DNA from: Candidatus Latescibacterota bacterium
Lineage (GTDB): Bacteria; Latescibacterota; UBA2968; GCA-2709665
Length of the DNA: 64,000 bases
Direction: 5' to 3'
Assembly (NCBI GenBank): GCA_965205485.1
Contig: OZ242180.1
Location: 1,024,001-1,088,000 of the forward strand
Each line of letters begins with the position of its first letter. Position 1 is the stretch's first letter. The translations under genes and the position numbers were made by a program. This document shows positions 37,350 to 45,957 of this stretch, in pieces. The notes under the pieces are model-generated. The model did not search any database. It was not told where the DNA came from and worked only from the letters and a program-made list of their open reading frames with translations.

Positions 37350-37509
37350 ATCGGAGGGCCGATTTACGCTTCTTGGCCAATCGCGCCGCCATCCACTCCA
37401 CGGTCAAAGGGGCTTGCAATCCCTTCCGGTATGGTTTAGACTTGGGATGAAGGGTTTTGCGAAGCCGGACCGTTCGATTTCATGTCCGATACGGGAATGG
37501 ATTCCTCCG

Positions 37510-39618
37510 ATGGTCGATCCCGGGGCGCCGCGGTTGATTCTGTCTGACTGCGAACTGGATGAGTTGCGCAATCGCAGCGCTTCGTCACACGCCCGGTTCT
37601 TCCGCGCAATGGTCGATGACCTGAACGGCCGGTTGCCTGTCGATCCGCCCGACACGCTATGGGACCTTGAGGAGCCCGCGTACAGCGATCTCCTCGAGAT
37701 CTGTTTTTCTCTGGTGGTGAACTGTGGCATTGCCTGGCAGGTCACCGGCGACGGGCGGTGGAGCGGACTGGCCGAACGCTGGCTGGCGCGATGGGTCGAG
37801 GTGGACAGCGCGGGCGACGAGCAGGTCAGGTCCTCATATCTGGTGGCCTTTCACGTGATGGCGCTTGCCTATGGCGTGGACCTTTTCGGGCGTGTCCTGC
37901 CGGAACCGCTGGTACAGCGCGCGGTCGAGGTGTTGCGGGTCGAGACCGGCCGGATGGTCCGGTGCATGGATTCCGGCGAGGCAGGCTGGAGCCGGCGATA
38001 CCACTACCACGACTGCTGGGTGCCGGTCTTCGGCGCCGGCGTCGGCTGTCTGGCCCTGTTGCCCTACGCGCCCGAAGCCGGGTCGTGGTTGACCACAGTT
38101 GAAAGAGAGGTCGAGTGGATCGTTTCCATTCAAGGTGAGGACGGGGCCTGGAACGAAGGCGTGGCGCCTCTGAACTATGCGTTGGGGCCGATGCTGTTCT
38201 ACCTGGAGGGCAAGAAGAGGGTCTTCGGGGAGAATGCGTTTGACATTCCATGGCTGACGGCGCTGTCCCGCTGGCGCGCGTACCACCTGCTTCCGGACGG
38301 AAGCTATGTATTCCTTGACGACTCGACGCCCAGCGGCCGGTACCACGGGGAGACCGGCGGGGTTGTGGCTTTTCAGCTGTACAAACTCGCGGCCGAGTTC
38401 AACGACGGCCTTGCGCAGTGGCAGGCGGAGCGGGAGTCCGCCCGCCCGTTCCTGAAAGACTACCACGACTACGGCTGGAGCTTCCTGTGGTACGACCCCG
38501 GCGTTGAAGCGAAACCTCCGGACGGATTGCCGGCGGCCGCCGCATTCCCTTCGATGGGTCAGTTTTTCTCCCGCACGGGATCTGACGAGGGCGCATCCGT
38601 CCTCAGCTTCGAGTGTACCGTACCCGGTGGGCCCCTGGCACAGTCCCGGCTGGACGAAGGACTTCCGATACAGACCGTAACGCAGAACAAGCACGCCCAC
38701 TATAAGGACCGTGCGGCTTTTACGTACTTTATAAACGGTCACTATTTCTTCCGGCCTTCAGGATATTTCCGGTTCGACACGGCGTTCAAGAATACGCTCA
38801 CCTTCGACGGCCGGGGACAGTCGGTCGAACCCGATACCGGCGGTGAGATGTCGGGCGTTTATCCCGGCGATGAGGACGTGTATTCGGCCGCGCGTTGCCA
38901 GGCGGCGGGCGCGTACCCCGAAGTGCCGGGTCTGTCCGCCTTCGAGCGGACCGTGTTGCACGCGAGGGACAGCCACGCCGTATTCGTGCTGGATCGCGTC
39001 CGGTTCTCCGGCCACGAGTCGCGCTCCGTGGAAGCCCACTTTCACGTCGGACATGACGTCGATACCCGGATAGACGCGAACGGATCGCTCCGGCTGGAGA
39101 CGCCATCCGGTCAGGCCTGCCGGCTCTTTCAGGCGTCGTCGCGGGCAGCGGCATTCGAACGGGTACCGCAACCGGTCGACCCCTTTTGGAAAGAGTACCT
39201 GTCCGGCTACGACATCCCGCCGGAAGACCTGGAGGCGATGGATCAGGTGGACCTTCGCTTCCGGTTCAAGATGGCCGGCGAGACGTCGCTCGACGTCCTG
39301 TGGGCGATTCTGCCTTTCAGCTCGGACTACGTTGCGGGACAACGGGCCGGAGGTTCGATGATCTCCTTCTGGTACAAAGTTCCGGGCCGAGCGCCTCTGC
39401 TGGTTCTGGCGCCACCCGTGGAGGAAGCCCCCGGTCCGATCCGCGGACCGTTGCTTCCGAAGCGTCCTGAAAGCATCTACATCCTGGGCGGCCCGCCCGG
39501 AGGCGGAATCAGGCTTTTACTGGAGCACCATGACCGCGAAAGATGGGGAACGGTGCTCGGCGAGGGCCCGGCATATACGCTCACCGAGGCCGGAACGGCC
39601 ATAATCAAGCGCGACTGA
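37510..39618 (+). CDS. DUF4962/heparinase II/III-like protein (divergent active site)
   Basis: PRLIL, DGAWNEGVAPLNY, LWYDPGVEAKPP..FPSMG..FSRTG, KHAH, KNTLTFDGRGQ, AAGAYP..FERTVL..LDRV. Start uncertain (ORF track 37321). Confidence 0.7.
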   Translation: MVDPGAPRLILSDCELDELRNRSASSHARFFRAMVDDLNGRLPVDPPDTLWDLEEPAYSDLLEICFSLVVNCGIAWQVTGDGRWSGLAERWLARWVEVDSAGDEQVRSSYLVAFHVMALAYGVDLFGRVLPEPLVQRAVEVLRVETGRMVRCMDSGEAGWSRRYHYHDCWVPVFGAGVGCLALLPYAPEAGSWLTTVEREVEWIVSIQGEDGAWNEGVAPLNYALGPMLFYLEGKKRVFGENAFDIPWLTALSRWRAYHLLPDGSYVFLDDSTPSGRYHGETGGVVAFQLYKLAAEFNDGLAQWQAERESARPFLKDYHDYGWSFLWYDPGVEAKPPDGLPAAAAFPSMGQFFSRTGSDEGASVLSFECTVPGGPLAQSRLDEGLPIQTVTQNKHAHYKDRAAFTYFINGHYFFRPSGYFRFDTAFKNTLTFDGRGQSVEPDTGGEMSGVYPGDEDVYSAARCQAAGAYPEVPGLSAFERTVLHARDSHAVFVLDRVRFSGHESRSVEAHFHVGHDVDTRIDANGSLRLETPSGQACRLFQASSRAAAFERVPQPVDPFWKEYLSGYDIPPEDLEAMDQVDLRFRFKMAGETSLDVLWAILPFSSDYVAGQRAGGSMISFWYKVPGRAPLLVLAPPVEEAPGPIRGPLLPKRPESIYILGGPPGGGIRLLLEHHDRERWGTVLGEGPAYTLTEAGTAIIKRD

Positions 39619-39667
39619 GCGCAGCGCGGGGGTTGGCCCCCGACAATGCGACACGGAGGCAGGGGCT

Positions 39668-40258
39668 GTGAGAATCGAAGCGATCTGGGAAAAGAAGCAG
39701 GAATACATTCCGGTGGTAATGGTCAGGGAAGACCTCACGGACCTCCCTGTGTATCCGCTTCCCGAGGGGTACCGCCTCCGCTACTACCGGGCTGGAGAAG
39801 ACCACCTCTGGGCGGAAATCGAAGTCGCCGTGGCGTCGTTCGATACGATGGACGGGGCGCTTGCCGGCTTCGAACGCGAGTTCGGCCATGGCAGGGACCG
39901 GATGGAGGAACGGTGCCTGTATCTGGAAGCCCCGGACGGGAAGGTGATCGGCACAAGCACGGCGTGGTACAACGATGCATTCAACGGAAGGGACTACGGC
40001 CGCATCCACTGGATCGCCATCCGTCCGGAGTATCAGGGCAGGGGACTCGCCAGGCCGCTTCTGTCGGCCTCGCTTCGGCGGATCGTGGACTTCCACGAGC
40101 GCGCGTACCTGACCACCCAGACCACCAGTGCACGCGCGATCAACCTGTACCTGGACTTCGACTTCATCCCGTTTGAGACGTACAGTCGATGCAAAGAGGG
40201 ATGGACGTGGCTCGCGTCCTTCCTGGATCATCCGTCTCTCGCCGGGTACCGCGGCTGA
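39668..40258 (+). CDS. GNAT family N-acetyltransferase
   Basis: IHWIAIRPEYQGRGLA acetyl-CoA motif; AINLYLDFDF. Confidence 0.88.
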   Translation: MRIEAIWEKKQEYIPVVMVREDLTDLPVYPLPEGYRLRYYRAGEDHLWAEIEVAVASFDTMDGALAGFEREFGHGRDRMEERCLYLEAPDGKVIGTSTAWYNDAFNGRDYGRIHWIAIRPEYQGRGLARPLLSASLRRIVDFHERAYLTTQTTSARAINLYLDFDFIPFETYSRCKEGWTWLASFLDHPSLAGYRG

Positions 40259-40332
40259 CCGGAAGAGGGGCGCGGCGGCGACCGCCTCTGATATTCGTAC
40301 AAACATCGCCTGTTTTAAGGGAGACTCCCCAG

Positions 40333-41208
40333 ATGGCAAAGAAACCCTGGTCACCGGAAGGAAAGACCGTCGTCAGGAAAAGCGACATCATCGAAGGGCT
40401 TCGAAACCTGGGTGTGAATCCCGGCGACGCCGTGTTTTTCCACAATTCCCTGAGCAGTATGGGTTACGTGGAGGGCGGCGCGGAAACTGTGATCGATGCG
40501 TTTCTCGAGGCGGTAGGGCCCCGGGGCACGATCGCGGTGCATACGTGTCATTTCAACGGATGGCACTGTGAATATGTACTTAACAGCGGAAGTCCGGCAT
40601 TCGACGTTCGACGCTCGCCCTCGAGGATGGGCCGCATCACTGAAGTCTTCCGGCATCATCCGGATGCCGTGCGATGCCTGGACTCCAGCAATCCGATGTG
40701 TGCGATCGGGCGCCAGGCCGAGCACCTCGCGGAAGGCGCGGTCCGCTGTTTAACCCCGTGCGGACGGGATACGGCCTGGGGCAAGCTGGGCGAAATCGAC
40801 GCGCATTACATGTTCCTGGGAACGGGATGGACCAGCTGCACCATGATGCACGCCTGTGAGGAATACGGGCACGCGCCCTATGCGCTGATGGACGAGCCCT
40901 CCCGGCTGGAGGTGGCGGACGAGCGGGGCCGGATCCACGTCCACGTTCAGAAGGTGCATACGCCGAACGTGCCCAGGGACTACTTTCTGATGGAGCCCGA
41001 GATGCAGAAGTTGGGCCTCGTTCAGTACGGATCGATCGGCGATGCGAGAGTGACGTTGATGAACGCCCGGGAACTGATTGACGCCGGCACCCGGTGTATC
41101 GTGGAAGACCCCGGATTCCTGTTGAGGGACCGCAGTTTCCTGGAGCACTGCAGGGACCATCAAAGAGGACTCATTCCTCCTGGATATACGGGCGTTTCCG
41201 ACGTTTAG
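40333..41208 (+). CDS. AAC(3)/YokD family N-acetyltransferase
   Basis: LRNLGVNPGDAVFFHNSLSSMGYVEGGAETVIDA, SRMGRITEVFR, FLG..SCTMMHACEE (TxxHxxE). Confidence 0.85.
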   Translation: MAKKPWSPEGKTVVRKSDIIEGLRNLGVNPGDAVFFHNSLSSMGYVEGGAETVIDAFLEAVGPRGTIAVHTCHFNGWHCEYVLNSGSPAFDVRRSPSRMGRITEVFRHHPDAVRCLDSSNPMCAIGRQAEHLAEGAVRCLTPCGRDTAWGKLGEIDAHYMFLGTGWTSCTMMHACEEYGHAPYALMDEPSRLEVADERGRIHVHVQKVHTPNVPRDYFLMEPEMQKLGLVQYGSIGDARVTLMNARELIDAGTRCIVEDPGFLLRDRSFLEHCRDHQRGLIPPGYTGVSDV

Positions 41209-41209
41209 A

Positions 41210-41929
41210 GTGACAGAGCCGACGGAGGTAGGAATGCAAATCTTGCCTAACATCTATCTCGCCGACGGGTTCGCTTACGCCCAACACCCGAATTTCTACG
41301 TGCTGCACAGCCGGGAAGGCACGATCATGGTCGACTCGGGGTCGGTTCCCGGCGACCTGGACCGGGCCGAATCGCAGCTGGCCTTGTGGGGAATCTCGCT
41401 GGAAAAAGTGGATTACCTGTTGCTGACCCACAGCCACTACGACCACATCGGCAACGCGGCGGCGATCCGTGAACGCGGCGCCTTCGTCATCGCCGGGCCC
41501 GGCGACGCCGAGGGGGTCGAGAACTCGGACGCCCGCACGATTCCGTACGCCGCCGGGTTCCGCCTGCCGGCCTGCAAGGTGGACCGGGTGGTCGAGGACG
41601 GCGACGTCATCGACGCCTGCGGATTCCGGTTCGAGGTCATCCACGCCCCCGGACACACCAACGGGTGTGTCATCTACCGGTTCGAACACGCCGGAAAGAC
41701 CATCTGGCTGGCCGGCGACGTGTTGTTCTGCGGAAACACGAACTACCAGCCGGAACTGGGCTGGCAGGGAGGCGAAGAGTTCGACAAACCCACGTATATT
41801 CGGACCCTGAAAAGGCTTTCCACGCTGCACGTGGACTGTATCCTGTCAGGGCATCATATGCCGTATCTGCGAGACGGGTTCAGACTGGTTGGGCGCGCGT
41901 ACGCGAAGGCGCTGATCGAATGGCGATAG
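41210..41929 (+). CDS. MBL-fold metallo-hydrolase
   Basis: VDSG, LTHSHYDHIG (HxHxDH), APGHTNG, AGDVLF, SGHH. Confidence 0.9.
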   Translation: MTEPTEVGMQILPNIYLADGFAYAQHPNFYVLHSREGTIMVDSGSVPGDLDRAESQLALWGISLEKVDYLLLTHSHYDHIGNAAAIRERGAFVIAGPGDAEGVENSDARTIPYAAGFRLPACKVDRVVEDGDVIDACGFRFEVIHAPGHTNGCVIYRFEHAGKTIWLAGDVLFCGNTNYQPELGWQGGEEFDKPTYIRTLKRLSTLHVDCILSGHHMPYLRDGFRLVGRAYAKALIEWR

Positions 41930-42026
41930 GTACAGGGCCGCAAAAAGGCAATTGCCACAAAGGGCACAAAAACACAAGAGGGCCTGGCAGTCCAAAGTCG
42001 TCGTTTTCGAAACGTCCAGGACAGCA

Positions 42027-43586
42027 ATGATGTTGACGCAACGCGAAATCGAAGACGGGTTGTTGGCGCTCGGTTTGAAGACCGGCGCGATTGTGGTGGT
42101 CCATTCGTCCCTGAGCAGCCTGGGACCCGTATCGGGCGGCGCGAACGCGGTGATCGACGCGCTTATCCAAGCAGTGGGTCCGGGCGGAACCGTGATGATG
42201 CCCACCCATCCGGCCCGCGACGGACGCACGTTCGATCCGGACACGATTCCTTCCGATATGGGCGTCATCAGCGAGACGTTCCGGTTGCGGCCGGGCGTGC
42301 TTCGCAGCCGGCATCCGTATCATCCGGTGGCGGGGTACGGTGCGAGGGCGGAGGAGATCCTCTCCGATCACGAAGAAAGCGCTGTGCCGGACGGGCCGGA
42401 GACGCCCTATGGCCGCCTGATCACCCTCGGCGGAAAGGTGCTGCACATTGGATGCGACCTGGATACGATGACGCTGCTGCACACGGTGGAGGCGGAGCTG
42501 GACCTGCCCTATCTCCGTGAATTGGAGATGAAATATGTGGCCGAAGACGGCGAGGTCCGCGCGATGACGATTCGCCGCTGTCCTGGAGGGCATCGCGGGG
42601 GCGTGTTGAAGTTCGATCGGCTGTTCAGGGCGGAGGGCGCCATGGCGGTGGATACGATCGGGCCGGCGGTTTGCCGTCTGATCGACGCTCCCCGGGCCGC
42701 GGCCATCATGAGGCGCGAGATGTCGCGCGACCCCGGCTTTGCGCTGGACGAGAATCCGTATTGTGCGGACTGCGTGGGATATAGAGCGAAGATCGCGAAA
42801 TCCTCCTCCGGCCGTCCGGCGATCCGGCGCGATGAGTCAGCCCCTCCCGCGGAATCGCTCACGTCCATGCTGAAAGATGAGGATTTCACCCTGAGCGTGC
42901 CGCTGTTGGCCGTGGATGCCGATCCCGAAAAGGCGCTGGATCTGGTCGCTGAAGTGGGGATTTCATCGGTCGAACTGCATACGAATCACCTGGTCGATAT
43001 CGATGTCCTTTCTGGTTGCCTGGGAGATCGGGACCTCGAGTTCGTGGTTTTGCGCACGCCATTCGCGTCTGCAGAGAAGCTGGCGGAGGCGTGTACAATT
43101 GCAGCCGGTCTCGATGCAGAGTACCTTCATGTGCGGCTGCCTGACGGATTGGAGCCGGCGGACCTGAACGATTTGCTTGAACGGCTCGCCCGGGTCGTCG
43201 ATGACAATGGGATGGACGTACTTGTGGGAAATCCCGCGGGCGTGAACCCGTCGGATATCGCCGGAGGGTTGAGAGAGGTTGGGTCGGCCAGACTGAACAT
43301 GACATACGATCCGGCCGCCGTCGCGACCTCGGGCGGAAGCCCGTTCTATATGGGACTCTACAAGGGACCGATCCGGCGGTCCGTCAGGCACGTCGACTTC
43401 AGGGACATCGTCTCGTCGAGCGGTAGCCCGACGGCGCCCGGCCAAGGCAACGCGGAACTCGTGGAGATTCTTTCGAATCTCCGATGTCGAAGTTTCGACG
43501 GGACCTTCTGCCTCTGGCCGCTGCCGGGTGCTTCGGGATTCCGGGATGCCGTCAACGGACTTCGTGGTATATTGATGCGTATTTAG
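42027..43586 (+). CDS. AAC(3)/YokD family acetyltransferase fused to a xylose-isomerase-like TIM barrel
   Basis: N-half: VHSSLSSLG..GGANAVIDAL..GTVMMPT, MGVISETFR, RSRHP, MTLLHTVE. C-half: GISSVEL, TYDPAA, HVDFRD, PGQG, FDG. Confidence 0.75.
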   Translation: MMLTQREIEDGLLALGLKTGAIVVVHSSLSSLGPVSGGANAVIDALIQAVGPGGTVMMPTHPARDGRTFDPDTIPSDMGVISETFRLRPGVLRSRHPYHPVAGYGARAEEILSDHEESAVPDGPETPYGRLITLGGKVLHIGCDLDTMTLLHTVEAELDLPYLRELEMKYVAEDGEVRAMTIRRCPGGHRGGVLKFDRLFRAEGAMAVDTIGPAVCRLIDAPRAAAIMRREMSRDPGFALDENPYCADCVGYRAKIAKSSSGRPAIRRDESAPPAESLTSMLKDEDFTLSVPLLAVDADPEKALDLVAEVGISSVELHTNHLVDIDVLSGCLGDRDLEFVVLRTPFASAEKLAEACTIAAGLDAEYLHVRLPDGLEPADLNDLLERLARVVDDNGMDVLVGNPAGVNPSDIAGGLREVGSARLNMTYDPAAVATSGGSPFYMGLYKGPIRRSVRHVDFRDIVSSSGSPTAPGQGNAELVEILSNLRCRSFDGTFCLWPLPGASGFRDAVNGLRGILMRI

Positions 43587-43666
43587 TGTCGCGTCCCGGA
43601 GAGATGTCACCATTCATCCGCCGATTCAACCTGTCTCACAGCGTTCACATCGTCAGCCAAAGCGTG

Positions 43667-43803
43667 GTCATTGAGCATGCCTGCATTGAGCTTGTCGAAA
43701 TGTCGAAATGCCCGCGTTAGGTTACTCGTCCGGTGCTGTTCACTGCCCTTCGCCGACCCTTCGACACCCTTCTACAGGCTCAGGGCAAGTGCTCAGGGAG
43801 CGG
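43667..43803. repeat. Inverted pair of REP-like palindromes (TGAGCnTGTCGAA family), each containing a nested second copy
   Basis: Left: CATTGAGCA[TGCCTGCATTGAGCTTGTCGAAA]TGTCGAAATG. Right: CCCTTCGACA[CCCTTCTACAGGCTCAGGGCAAG]TGCTCAGGG. Confidence 0.7.
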
Positions 43804-44001
43804 CAAAGGGCACAGGCGCCGGTTCGTGAGCGTTGCTGTGAGCTCTACAAAGGGATGCCAGCCCGGCGGCTCGACGGCCGATTGCGGACAACCGATTTCC
43901 TGGAAAGAACACGTGCGGTCCGATGGCTGCCTGCGAAACAAGGACAAATGCATGATTCGGAATGCTGACGCTGTAGACTTCCTGCAACCGGAACTGGTAG
44001 G

Positions 44002-45702
44002 ATGACCGAAAAAGAACACTCGGCCGAAATCGTCGTGGAGAAGGACGTCCCCGTGCCGATGTCCGACGGCGTGGTGCTGCGCGCAAATGTGTTCAGACCG
44101 GCGGGATCCGGGCGGTATCCGGGATTGTTGATGCGAACTCCTTATGGAAAGCCGAGCGGAGGATTCCAACGGGTCGTGCGGTCCGGATATGCCGTGGTCA
44201 CCCAGGATTCACGCGGTCGATATGCTTCTGAAGGGACGTATATCCCGTATACGGTTGAAGGCGGCACGCCCGATGCCCAGGACGGGTACGAGAGCGTCGA
44301 GTGGCTGGCGCGGCAGCGGTATTGCAACGGGAAGATCGGCACGTTCGGCGGATCCTACAACGCCTGGATGCAGTGGATGCTGGCGAAGCTGCGGCCGCCG
44401 CACCTTGTCGCGATGTGCGCCTGGTCGATTCCCCTGGAGAATACGGACGTGGACTGGTGGGGGTCCTTTCGTCCCGCCCGGCGCGTCAAGTGGTGGATGG
44501 GGAGCATGGCGCCGGATATCCGGAAGAGGGAGGGCGCTCCGGGGCCCCACCACAGGGACGACGCGGTGGAAATCTGGGAAGACGTTGAGCGTATGCGATG
44601 GCTGTATTTCATGCCGTGGCTGGACCTGCCGCGCTACCTGCCCGAGGGACTCGCCGGTTACGTCGAGGACTGGTTGCGGCACCCGAACCGCAGGTGCTGG
44701 AAATTCGACGAAGTGCACCGAGAAGTCGAGGTTCCGAACCTGGATTTCAGCGGCTGGTACGACCATTGCGGGGGCACGATGGCCCACCTCGGGCTGATGC
44801 AGACGCACGGACGGACGGAAAACGCAAGAACGCAGACCCGGCTCGTGATCGGCCCCTGGAACCACAACAACCTGGGCAGCCGGAGACAGGGCCCGTTCGA
44901 CTTCGGGCCGGCGGCCAAATTCAACCTGCAGGATGCAATGATCCGCTGGTTCGACCGCAGGCTGAAGGGCGATGACAACGGGGTGGACCGGGAGCCGGCC
45001 GTGCGGTACTTCGTGATGGGGTCCGGCGCCTGGAAGTCCGCGTCGACCTGGCCGCCGGAGGGGACGACGCGGGCGGTCTACTATATGGACAGCGACGGCG
45101 ACGCGCACCTGCCCGCGGGGTCCGGCCGTCTGCTTGACGCCCCCGCCCCCGGCGAAAGCCCTGACACGTACGTTTACGATCCCAATGACCCGGTTCCCAC
45201 GCTTTGGTCGACCGCGCTGTATACGGAGCCCTCGGACCGAAGGCGGCTCGATTATCGCCCGGATATCCTGATTTTCCGCACGCCGCCCCTGGAGACCGAC
45301 GTGGAGACCGTGGGCTGTCCCGAGGCCGTTCTCTTCGCGGCGACTTCGGCGGCGGATACCGATTTTTTCGTCCGTCTCGTGGATGAAGATCCCGGCGGTC
45401 CGGCAATGGACGTCGCATACGGAATGGTCCGCGCCCGCCACCGCCATTCGCTGGACGAGGAGGACTTCATCACGCCGGAAGCGGTGACCGAATACCGCAT
45501 CCGCATGACGCCGACGGCCTGCAGGTTTCTCGCGGGACACAGGATACGCGTCGAAATCACCAGCAGCGATTTTCCGAACCACGACAGGAATCACAACACG
45601 GGCGGGAACGACCTGGCGGAGACGGAACTCGTGGCGGCGATTCAGGAGGTCCATCACTCCAGCCAGTATCCTTCACGGCTGATCCTGCCGGTTCTTCCAT
45701 GA
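44002..45702 (+). CDS. CocE/NonD family hydrolase (peptidase S15, alpha/beta fold)
   Basis: VPMSDGVVLRANVFRP, RTPYGK, QDSRGRYASEG, GGSYNA nucleophile motif, GWYD, IGPWNH, ITSSDFP..RN.NTG. Confidence 0.92.
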   Translation: MTEKEHSAEIVVEKDVPVPMSDGVVLRANVFRPAGSGRYPGLLMRTPYGKPSGGFQRVVRSGYAVVTQDSRGRYASEGTYIPYTVEGGTPDAQDGYESVEWLARQRYCNGKIGTFGGSYNAWMQWMLAKLRPPHLVAMCAWSIPLENTDVDWWGSFRPARRVKWWMGSMAPDIRKREGAPGPHHRDDAVEIWEDVERMRWLYFMPWLDLPRYLPEGLAGYVEDWLRHPNRRCWKFDEVHREVEVPNLDFSGWYDHCGGTMAHLGLMQTHGRTENARTQTRLVIGPWNHNNLGSRRQGPFDFGPAAKFNLQDAMIRWFDRRLKGDDNGVDREPAVRYFVMGSGAWKSASTWPPEGTTRAVYYMDSDGDAHLPAGSGRLLDAPAPGESPDTYVYDPNDPVPTLWSTALYTEPSDRRRLDYRPDILIFRTPPLETDVETVGCPEAVLFAATSAADTDFFVRLVDEDPGGPAMDVAYGMVRARHRHSLDEEDFITPEAVTEYRIRMTPTACRFLAGHRIRVEITSSDFPNHDRNHNTGGNDLAETELVAAIQEVHHSSQYPSRLILPVLP

Positions 45703-45957
45703 AGGTGCGTCAGCCCTGATTCGCGATTGTTTTTGGAACTGAATGTCGAATATATACAGAAGAACAAAGGCGAATCGACTTCAAAGATCCCGGATACTTG
45801 AGGTCGCTGGACGTGAAGGGTATTTCCATCCATTTTAACGACCTCCATACCCGGTATTCGAACCGACACCTTCTGTGCTTTTTGTGGTAAATTTACCGAC
45901 TGTCGTTTTTCGAAATGATGCGAGGTAGCGAAACGGAAAAGGCTGTACGATATTCAT

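Noticed and set aside
37025..37400. Sigma54 promoter accompanying the TGT-N11-ACA boxes
   Set aside because: The candidate GG/GC pairs do not fit the TGGCAC-N5-TTGC spacing.
41210..41929. Metallo-beta-lactamase resistance gene
   Set aside because: It has no signal peptide and only generic glyoxalase II-like MBL motifs, and there is no mobile context.
45841..45880. tRNA T-arm-like GTCGGTTCGAATACCGG on the minus strand
   Set aside because: The loop geometry is wrong and there is no acceptor stem, D arm or anticodon arm.
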